From an uncultured Clostridium sp. (GTDB lineage Bacteria > Bacillota > Clostridia > TANB77 > CAG-508): a stretch of DNA of 59,371 nucleotides. Both the position numbers and the translations under genes were made by a program. Where the stretch lies: assembly GCA_948441945.1 (NCBI GenBank), contig CAOJQV010000004.1, positions 1 to 59,371 of the forward strand, written 5' to 3'. Below are positions 9,090-21,000 of the stretch, one piece after another; position 1 is the stretch's first letter; every line of letters starts with the position of its first letter. The notes beneath the pieces were generated by a model. That model worked only from the letters and a program-made list of their open reading frames with translations. It was not told the origin of the DNA and did no database searches.

Positions 9090-12000
9090 ATTATTTAGCC
9101 AAAATCCTTTTTCTTTAATATTGTCAATTATAGCTCTTGATGAACCTTTATTGAATGTTTCATGGAAATCATCTGCCCATTCTGAACTATTTTGATTCAT
9201 GATGTGATACATATCATTAACTATTATAAATGCGTCCCCTGATAATGTTAAATTTCTTCCATTGTTAATAAACTTTCCATAATATGAATATACTTTATCA
9301 TCATCATTTGGCATTATTACTCCATCTCCTGTATAGTATATTTCGCTTCCATCCCCTGCTATTAATTTTGTTTCATCTTTATTATCAAAGAAATCACCTA
9401 TTACTACTAAAGTAAGTTCTATGCTTTGTGTTTTACCTTTTGTAAGTTTTATTTTCATATTAGTTCCTACTAGTTCTTCTTCTGTTATTTCTTTTTGTTC
9501 TATACCTGTTTTTTCTGAATTCCATGCGTTTTTAATTACTTTAATATTATCAGCATTTGTTATTAAATTATCTTTCAATGTAGTAAAATTAGTTCCTTTC
9601 TTTTCTTCTGATGGTTGTTTTCCTGGTCTTACATGATTATATTGTGGTCTAATTCCTATTATAAATCTATCTCCTTCATTATACTCATGTATCTGTTCTG
9701 TATCATAAGTTATTGTTGTTTTTCTCTTTGTTGCTTCTATTACTGCATTTATAATTTGATATTCATCAGATCTTAAGAATAATTTCTCTGTCCATATTGC
9801 ATATAGTTCTAAATCTGCATTATCTGTATATTCATCTCCTGGAACATATTGTCCTCCTGTTGCATCTTTATCTGTTGACCATCCATCAAAGATATATCCA
9901 TCTCTTACTGGTACAACTTCTTCTGTCAATACAATATTTTCTCCATAGTTCTTGATCTGTGTATCTGGCACTGTTATTTGAATATTTGGATCATCAACAT
10001 TAGCATTATAAGTTATTTCATAAGTCTTTAATTCCCATATAGCAGTTAAATTTAGATTTTCATTATCTGTATACTCATCTCCTGGATTATAATTAGTTAT
10101 TGGTTGTTGTTCTTTATCTGTTGCTAACCATCCCTTAAAGTCATAACCTGTTCTTTCTGGTATATCAGTTGATATATTTATAGTTTGTCCGTAGTTTTTA
10201 GATTGTTCTTCTGGAACTTCTATTTCCTCGTCTTCAACGCCATCATTATAAGTTATTGTATAAGTTTTTAATTTCCATACTGCATATAATGTTGTATTTT
10301 CATCTTTTGTAAATCTTTGTTCTGGTTTATATTCTGCTTCTGTTGCGTCCTTGTCTGTTGACCATCCTAAGAAGTAATATCCCTCTCTTACTGGTTCTTC
10401 ATAACTTAAATATATATCAACTTCTTTTTGTTTTTCTTGTACATCAGGTACATCTATTTCTTCGTCATCAACATTGTCATCATAAGTTATTTTAAAGCTA
10501 TTTAATTCCCATACTGCATATAATGTGATGTTTTGGTTTAGTACAAAGTTGTCTCCTGGTTGTAATTCTGCAACAGCTGTATTTGGATATATTGACCATC
10601 CTTTAAATGTATATCCATCTCTTACTGGAACCATTGTGTCTAATGTTAAATCTTCATTTTCTATCTTAATTTGTGCTTCTGGAACATCTATATCTAAATC
10701 TTCAACATTATCATCATAAGTTATTGTATATTTTTGTGGTCTTAATACATCATTTAGTATATCAATACTTAATGGTGTATCTGTTGGACATGGTAGTTGT
10801 GTTGCATCTTTAATTTTTAAGTATTTCTCATTACTTGATGTTGCCTTTTCAATGCGTAACTTTCCTGTATTTGGATCTTCTGCAAATTCTAATGTTAATG
10901 TTAAATCGTCTTCAATTTTTTGGTATCCTTCTGGCGGTGTTATTTCTCTAAATGTGTATTGTAGTGTACATGGTTCTTCAGGTAGTTTTAGATGTGTTAG
11001 TCTTGCTCCATAATCTTTGTCTTGTTCTATGTAACAGTAATCTAGCTTTCCTTCTCCTAATAGAGTTTCCATTGTTTCTGTATAAACAGAAGTTTTTTGT
11101 TCATCTGGAAGTTCTACTTTAAAGATTGCCATATTTCCAATAGCTTCTCCTGTTTCAGCATCTACTTTAGTTATATCTAATGAGTATTCATCTTCTTTTA
11201 TTTGCATATCCACTTCATTAAATATGTTTACTCCTATTACTTGTTTGTCTACTTTTGACGTTGTAACATTATTATCAGTTGTTTTTGGTGTTGCTGATGA
11301 TATAATAATGTTTTCTTGTGAATCTCTTTCTAGTATTACATTTAATTCTACTGGTTTTTCTAGCTTCTTATATCCTTCTGGTGCTGTTAATTCTCTGATT
11401 GTTAGAGTATACTTTCCTGGTTCACGAGGTAAGTCTAAGTTATCAATTTCTATTTTACCATTTTTATTAGTATATCTATTTTCTATTGTATCTTGGAAAA
11501 TAATCTCTTCTTCATCATTTTTTCCTATTAATTCTGCTTCAAATTGTGCTTGTGATGCAGTAATATATTTGCCTGTTGTAGCTGACTTTTTATTAATGAC
11601 TAATGTATATTTTCCTTCTGCTTGTTGATCTACTGGCATTAAGTATATTTCTGACCAGTCATCTTTAGGATTACCTATATTAACATTTGAATCATCTGTA
11701 CTTACTTCCCCTGTGTTTTTGTCTCTATATATTTTGTATATACTTGGATCTGCTACTTTATATCCATCTGGTGCAAATAATTCTTCTAATGTTATTGTTA
11801 TGTACCCAAATCCATTACATGGTATACCTCTTATTAGTCCATTTTCATCTGTTACATCTGTCCATGTTGTGACTTTTGTTTCTGTTGTAGCATTTTTTTC
11901 TTCTACTGTTATTTTATATTTAGCTCCTGGTAATAATCTTCCATAACCTCCTTCATCTTCATCAGTATCCATTGCATGTTTTTCTACAAATATAGTATAA

Positions 12001-15000
12001 CTTCCTAATTCTCTCTTATTTTTTACTACAAGGCTTATTGTTCTTCCTTGTGTTTTTGTTTCTTCAATTGTTGTAAAGTCTTCTGATGATAATAATTCAC
12101 AGTTCTTAATATATCCGCTTGAGTCATATTTTACTTCCACTTTTATATCATCAATTTTTGAATATTCGCTTAATGTACTTCTTTGTTTTAATGTATATAC
12201 TACTGTTTTTCCTGCAAATGCTGTTCCAACATTTCCTTTTGTTTTTCCATCTTTATCTGTTAATGGTGTTGTTACATTTATACCTGCATCAGTACTTTCT
12301 GTAATAGTGTCTATCTCTGCTGTTATATCATAGTTAATTCCTGGTATATATTGAGGGCTTGTATTTCCTGATGAGTCTGGCTTATCAGTACCATAAACCA
12401 TTGTTGTAATATCAAATGTTACTCTTGATTCATTTAGTATTTTTATTGTAATTACTTTACTTACAGGATTTGTTGTTACTATAAATTGGTCATTATCTAT
12501 AACATCAAATTTTACTGTTGGATCATCATCTAAATGTGGTTCATAAGTCGCTTTTATTTTTATTCCATTTGTTGTATCTGTCTTTTGCTGTCCAAATACA
12601 TATCCAGGTGCTTCTTCTTTTTGACTTATATCAATATTAATTGTTCCTTCAAAGTCTATATTATCTATATACATTAATCCTCTGTCTATAATTGGTGGAA
12701 TTTTTCCTTGGTTGTCATTATTTATTTGTCCATCTGTATACATTTTTCCATCAATACCCATATTCATTGTTTCTGATATTACACCATTCTTACTTGAGCC
12801 TTTTGTAATAGGTTGTATTGTTAGTGGTTCTCCTGTTTCATCATTAGTTATATTTACAAATATTTTAGAGCCACTTATTCTTTTTCCTGTTTCAGCATCT
12901 TCTGTTACTACTTTTACTGTGTAAGCTGGTGATATATCTCCATTGTATATTGCTGCATACATATTTCTACAGTTTGCCTTTTCCTCATGTTCTCTTGTAA
13001 CTGATAATCTACTTTGTTTGTTTGATGTTTGTTCTATAATTCTTCCATATTGGTCATATTTTACAGTCATTGTTACATCTGCAATTTGATTATAGTCTTT
13101 TGGTGCTACTATTTCTACAAATGTATATTCCCAAATTTGAGATTGTGGTGCAACTCCTAGATTTAGATTTATTAATCCTTGATCATCTGTTATTTCATTT
13201 CCTGTTGTTAGTATTATAGGATTTCCTATTTTGTTTCCACTATCATCTATTTGTTGTCCCCTTACTTCAAATTTTGCACCTTGTAGACCTATTTTTGAAT
13301 TTACATCTTGTTTTAATATGTTTATCTCTGTTTTAGTTTCGTTTTTAAATGTTACTGTAACAGTTCCATAAATTTCGTCTACTTCTACAATTGCTTTTGT
13401 TGTAACTGCATTTTTGTCATCTACATAACCAGCTGTTGTTGTTGCTAAATCTAGACTATACACGTTAACACCTTTTTCTAGTTGTATAGAGATTTTGTTG
13501 TCTATATCATCTTTATATCCATCTCCTACTTTGTTTTGTGAAATATTCATTGTAATGCTTCCAGATTCTGTTATATTTGATATTTGTGTTTTACCGTTTT
13601 CATTTGTTTGGCTTGGTGTATAAGTTACTCCATTAATGCTTACGTCAAATATACTTTCTGGTATACCTAATCCATCAAAGTTTATGTCTTCATTTTTGAT
13701 TATTAAGTCATATGCATTGTCATTTGGAACTTCTACTTTAAAGTGTACTCTTTCATTATTTAGGTATCTAATTATTCCATCTGATGCTATGTCTAGTGTA
13801 ATATTAGTATTTAATACTCCATTGTCATTATCAATTTGATTAAAGTATTTCATGCTTCCGTCTGGGTTGTATTGTACTACAAGTACTATATCTTGCATTG
13901 TTCTATATGTTGCTGGTGTTTGACTTTCATGTATTACATATTTTATTGCCTTTCCACTTAATGATGTATTAAATGTATCTATTACTTTTATAACAGCTCC
14001 ATTTGTTTCTGTTAATATGTTTTCTTGTTTTGTGTCTCCTGTGTTGACGTTTGTTTCTGTAATTGTAAATGGTACACCTGCCATTGGTTGGTTTGTTAAT
14101 TTGTCATATTTGTATAGTCCTATTTTTAGGTCTTTTGGCATATTCATTATTTGCATTGAAATTTCTCTTTTGTTTCTATATACGTAATCATTGAAGTTGT
14201 TTATAACTTCATTGCCTTGTAATATACTATAATCTTCTATTTTACCTGCTTCATTGTATTTTACTTTTAGTTTTATTTCTGCAGCCATTGGATAATATCC
14301 ATTAACTGTATTAGTTTGTGTTATAGTATAAGTTACTGTTTCATTTGGGTATACTGGTCCAGCTGTAATTCTTGCATATCCATTTATGTCTGTTTGTGGA
14401 TTTCCTGATGCTACATCTCCCTTACTACTTATTACTTCTAAATATGCATCTTTTAAACCATCTTCTTTATAGAATTGGTCTATTACTCTTGTGTCTAATA
14501 CTAATGCTGGTTTATTTTTAATGTTTATTTCTAAGTCTGGACTCGCTTTGTTTATTTTTTCTGTAGTTTCTGATGTATTTATTGCTTCAAAGTATTCACT
14601 TTTTGATTTTACTGAGTCTAAATCTATATTTCCATCTTTATCAAATTTCACATCAAAGTCTATTGTGCCTGGTATTGGATAATATCCGTCTGGTACTGTG
14701 TTTTCTGATAGGGTATATCTTATTGTTGTATCTTTATATACTTTTCCAATCGGTCTCATAGCTCTCGCATCTAATTGTGTGTTTAGTCCTTTATTTGATG
14801 TTATTGCGAAATTTGCTACTAATTTATTGATTGTTCTGTCATAGTAATCTACTTTGTTTAGTGTCATTTGGAATTTTCTGCTGTATAAAATGTCTATGTT
14901 TACATTTCCTGTTTCTTTGTCAAATGTTATATTTGTTGCATTATTGTCTCCCCATAAGTCTGATCCCATTGATTGTACATTAGATATTTTTCCGTCTGAA

Positions 15001-18000
15001 CCATAAGTAATATCTAATTTTACATAGTAGTCTTCTAGGTTTCCACTTCCTCCTAAACTTATTTGTGCCATATCACTTGGGAATAAATATCCATTATAGT
15101 CATTTGTTATTCTTGATGAACCTATTGTGTATTGGTTAAACATATTATCTGTTGCTGCTCCCCAGTACTTCCATGATGATTCTCCTTCTGAGTTTGTGTC
15201 TCTGTATCCAGTTTCTGAAGCACTCCATTCATAAGGTGTATTTGCTAGTGTTATTCCATTATCAATAGTACTGTTATTTACAAATGGATACATTCTAATA
15301 TTTGAAATCTTATTTCCTGATATATCATCTACTGCTGTTATATGTATTTTTGTTGTTAGTCCATATCCTATATAGAAGTTAATATTTCTATTTGCTTCTG
15401 TTTTGTCATAGTAGTAATTATACTCTTTTATATTATTACTTGATAAGTAACCATCTAAGCTTTCATTTATGTATGGCTTAATTATTGTTATGCTGTCTTC
15501 TGTTTCTACTTTTCTTACTATAGAATTGTTATAGTCTATTTCTCCCTTACTATCAAATGCTACTTGTATAATTGCTACTAATTTTTCAGGTTCTATAGTT
15601 ACAAATCTATCTCTATATTTTTGATAATTAGTTGGTTCTACTTCTTCAAATACATAGAATTGTCTTGTGTGATTATTTTCTATTGGTACAAATAATTCAT
15701 CTGTTCCTTCATATATTGCACCATCTACTACTTGACCAATTCCATAAGTATGTCCTGGTCCAATATATCCTGCTGTTACAAATTCATCTCTTTCATGTGG
15801 TCCTGGACTACGTCTTTGTGTACTTACTGTATATCTTGAACCTTCTAGTGCTATTGGTTGTCCATCTTTATTTATTTCATCTTGATAAGTAAAGTTGTTC
15901 ATCGCATTTAGTTTTAGGTCTAACAATGGGAAGAACTTCATTGTAATGTTTAGCCTATAATCTGTGTGTGTTAAATCAGGTTCTACATATCTACCATCTG
16001 CAAGCCATCCAATAATACTGTTATTTCCTGTTTGTAATTGTGCATCTAATATTTTTCCCTCATCATCAAAAGTTACATTTATTAAATATTCATATCCTAC
16101 TGTTTGATATTTTGCATCTGCATAATATCTTGAACCTCTATAATATCCAATATTATTTCCTGTACTGTCTAAGTAGTATGTACCACCTTTGCCTCCTTCA
16201 GATGAATCATTTTTTACAATTAATCTTAATGTTCTTGTTCCTGCACCACTTGTGTATTGTCCCATTGTCTTATAGTCTTCACCATAAGCTAAGTCTGGCA
16301 CTCCATCTTCGTTTTTATCTTCTCCTGTTACTAGAGCATTGCCTTTTTCTTTTAGTAATTGATATTTTCCATCTGTTTGTGGAATATAACTATTGTTTCC
16401 TAGCTCTGCTAAAAATGCCTCTACTTCCATTCCATTTAATTTTTTGTCTTTGTCATAAGTATCAGTTGCTGTTAAATGTATACCAAATTCTTTGATTTCT
16501 TCGTTATATACATCTATGTTTACTTCAAATGTATTTGCATCATAAGATGTAATATTTATTGCTGCTCCGCCTTGTACTGGTGTTATAGATGATATTTTTC
16601 CATCTGCATCATAAACTATTTTAATAATTATGTCTTGATCTATCCAATCATATCCTGGTGTTTTTTGTACTTCTTTTAATGTATAAATCATTTCTTTGTT
16701 ATCTAATGTTCTGTCCATATAAATAGCTGTATATCCTTCTAAGTTTGTATATGATGTTTCTGGTGTTTCTGTTTGGTTAACTTTATTAGTTGCTGATGAG
16801 TTTGAATATACTTGTTCATCATATTTACTTACCATTTGGAATCCTAGGTCTTTTATTTTTACACTATGGTCTTTAGTATCCATTGCTGTTAAATTAAATT
16901 TTAAGATTGGGTTATTTTTTAGTTCTAAGTCAACTATAAAGTTATCCTTAGGGTCTGATGTTGATGTTATATTCTTTTTACTTACTGTTGCTATATTAGA
17001 AACAATATTATTGTTTCCTAATTCTACTGCACTTACATATCCTTGTGAATCATAAGTTACAATAACTTCTATATCTGTTCCTATAGATTGGTATCCTACC
17101 CCTGGAGCGTCTTCTTTTACTGTATAAGTTACTATTGTATTATCTTTTGTTTTGTCTAAGTGTGCAATTCCTACACCTGTTGCGTCTGTTATGACATCTT
17201 TTGTACCTATAAATCCAATTTCGTTGTTTTCACTGTCTAGGTATTTTGATGTAACACTATATGTTGCTCCAGGTATTGGTGTTGTTCCATCTCTTCTGTC
17301 TACATCTTTTATGTCTATTCTAAATTCTGGATAGTTTAATACTTGAATTGTTACAATTCCTTTGTTGTTTCCATTGTAATTAGAGAATGTTGATGTTTTT
17401 ACATAAGAGATTGTTACAAATCTATTGTTTGTTACATCTTCTCCTCTTTCATTTACTAATTTGGCTGATATTATTTCTCTATTTCCATTATAGCCAACTT
17501 TTACATAAAAGTCTTCTACTGTTGCATATCCTACTGCTCCTAGTGTTTGTCTTACCTTATATATTTTTTCTTCATTAGTTCCAAATATTCCAGAGTATAT
17601 TCCTGTTATTCCACTTGCATTTGTTGTTCCTGTTCCTACATTTTCAGTGTTTACTTCTGTTACTTCAAAGTTTGAGCCTTGTAAAGCTTGTGTATGGTCA
17701 AAGTAGTATAAGTCTGTAATTTCAAATGGTACTTTTGGTTCTACATATATTTTGATTGTTACTTCTCTATCACCTGTTTTTGTTATTGTGTCCATACTTT
17801 CAGAGCTTGTTATTGTTGGTGTGTTGTTTATGACTTCATTTTTATATTCTATTGTAAATGTTTTTTCGTCTACTTTTGCATAAGAATTTTTTATACTTGT
17901 TTGTTCTATTGTATATGTCATTAGTCCATTTTCTTTTACATATCCTACTTCTATATGGTTTGATCCTGTTCCTGGTAGTATTGCTGACTCTGTTATTCTA

Positions 18001-21000
18001 TATTGTACATCTGCTATATTGGCATTTGTTATTTTGTCTATTGTTTGAACATTTACTACTAATGGGTCTTGGTGGTCTATTAGAACTTTTATTCTAATAC
18101 TTCCTTCTTCTTCATCACTTACTTGCTCAATTGTCCATAATGTACCATAAGTTGAATCATTTTGTGCTTGCATTGTTCTTTCTATGTCTACTTTTCCTTC
18201 TTCATCAAATACTACATTTACTTGTAGTGTTTGTTTTAGTGGTTTATACCATTCTGCTATTTTATTTGCTGATAGTGTATAAGTAATTGTACTGTCTACA
18301 ATATTTCCTCCTACTTTTGTTGTTCCTAATCCATCTTCTCCTGTTACAAGTTGTGATTCTGCTCCTAATGATGTTTTAACACTAAATCCATATCCTTTTA
18401 TTAATTCTTGTGTTGCTTTATCTGCTGCTATAACTTCAAATCCAAATGTATCTAATTGGTGGTCTGTTAGTGTAATTTCATAATTTGTTTTGTTTTTTCC
18501 TGATGTTGTTAGTGTTGAAGGAAGTTGCTCTATTTTTAGTCTGTTTTGTGCATAGCCTTGGTCTATTTGCTCTACTATAACTTCTCCATCTGCTGTTATA
18601 TCTTTTACTTCTAATGTTTCTGTACTAGAGTTAACTCCATATCCTATTGGTGCTTTTATTTCTGTAATATAAATTAGAGTTCCTATATTAGCTGTTATTC
18701 CTGTTAATTCAGTTGATGCTATTGTTCCTCCATTGTCTATTGTTATATTCTTTCTCATTATTTTTCCATCTGGATTTACTATTTTTATTTCATATTCTGC
18801 TCCATCTAACTTATCTTCAAGTATGTTTTGCTTTTTAAAGTCTAATGATAAGTTTCCTACTTCATCATAATTTGTGTAAAGGTTTAATATTACATTTGCT
18901 AAATATACTCCTAATGAATCTTCTGTTTCTTGTCCTGTTTTTGTGTCAGAAGCACTTGAGTATTGTGGTTTTCCTCCTACTAATAGTCTATTTCCCCAAA
19001 ATCCTTCTGCTTTTATTAATGATATTCTGTCATCTCTTAATTTGAATATTAACCTTACTTTTACAGTTGTTCCAGGTCTTTCCTTAAATCCAGTTGGACT
19101 TTCTTTGTCTACTACTAATTCAGAAATTTCTATATTGTGTATAATTTCTTCTCCATCTGTTCCTATTCCTGGTGCTCTTATAATATTTTTATTTTGTTTG
19201 TCATTTAGGTATTGTTCATAGTCAAATACAATTTGTCCACTATTATCTGTATATGTTATGATGTCTAGCTTTCTTCCAGTTTTATCTACTAAAGTTTCTG
19301 ATTTTATACTTATTGGTAATCCTCCAACATAAAGTCCATTTGGATCTACTTTATTTATTGTTAAATTAACATAAGTATCTTCTGCATTTCTCTTTTTGTT
19401 GTAATGTTGATATACTACTGTTCCAGAATTTATATAAGCTCCTTGCACTGGTTCTCCTGGGTTACTTGGATTTCTATTATAAGGTGATTGATTTATTTGT
19501 ATTTCTCCATTGTTTTTAAATATAAGTTGAATTTCTTGTGTTGTGTAATCTAATGAATATCCACTACTTGCTTTTACTTCTTGTACATTTATTGTTAAGT
19601 TGTTTCCTTTTACTACATTTGTAGTGATTATTCCTTGAGAGTTTGTTTTTCTTTCTTTAATATTTTTTGTTCTTATTACTCCATTTATTTCATATTCTAT
19701 ATCAATATTATAAGATGCTCCTACAATTGGTCTTGATGTTTCTTCATAATCTGATAGTTGTACTATAAATGGAATTGTGCTTCCTGCTTCTAACTCATAT
19801 CCAATTGTTATAAAATATGTATATTCTGTTTTGTCATCTTTACTTACTATTGAGTAATGTGAATCTATAACTGTTTGGTCATCTATTACACTACTCATGT
19901 CAGATATATATCCATCTGCATCATATTCTAAATTTATTCCTATTTCATCTGCTATTTTTGTTTGGTCATATTCTGGTGAAATTGAGTTTTTATCTACTCT
20001 TAATATATATCTATGTGTTCCTTGTTCTTTATTATCTACTGTAAATGATAACTCTCCATTTCTGTCTGATATTGCAGGTCCATAAATCATTTGTGTCTCT
20101 GTATCTTGTAAATAATATATTACATTTCTTCCTACTGTTACATCATGCTCCTCTGCTTCTACTAGTGACACTTTTACTATATTTTGTTCTGTTTTCTTTT
20201 GGCTTGCTAAATTTACTATTAGTGAACCTGTGCTTAAATCTAAGTTTAAATCTGATGGATTCATAAATGGTACTTTTATTTGTCCATTATTTCTAACTAT
20301 TGTTAATGATTTTGTTTTTCTGTCTGCTACATATCCTACTTTAGGTGATTGTTCTGTTATTTCTACTATTAGGTTTCCTGTTCCATATATTTTTGCAATA
20401 GCTTGCCCATTTGCATCTGTCGTTACATATTCTTTTTTAACTTGATTATTTGAATTTGTAGTTTGCACTAAATAGGTAACTCCTTCTAGTTTTGTTCCAT
20501 CTGCAATGTCTGATAGGTTGATTTGTAAATCAAATGGGTCTTTTGCTGTATTTTCGTTTAATACTGTAACTAATACATGGTTTTCTTTATCATCACATAC
20601 TTTTGTTTCTACATTAGGATTAAATTGATGTGATGATTTTGTTATTATTCCATCTTTATAAGTTAATTCTATTAGTGTAATATTTGTTACTTCATATCCA
20701 TTTTGTGCTGAATTTTGTACTAATATGTATTGGTATGTTCCATTTTTTGTCATTACTGTTGGATTGAAGTGCACTACTCCATTTTCATCTGTTTTGCCTA
20801 TTAATACATCCATTTCATATTGATTATTTAATTTTGGTTGTATTAACTGGAATTCACACCCTGATATTGTTGTTTGGTCATTTCCTAATTCTCTTGTTTG
20901 TATTTCTAGGTCAGATTTTTGGCAGTCTATTGGTACTATTGCTTCTACTAACCTTTTACTATCAGTAATTTTTATATCTACTCTTGATTGATTGTCTCTA

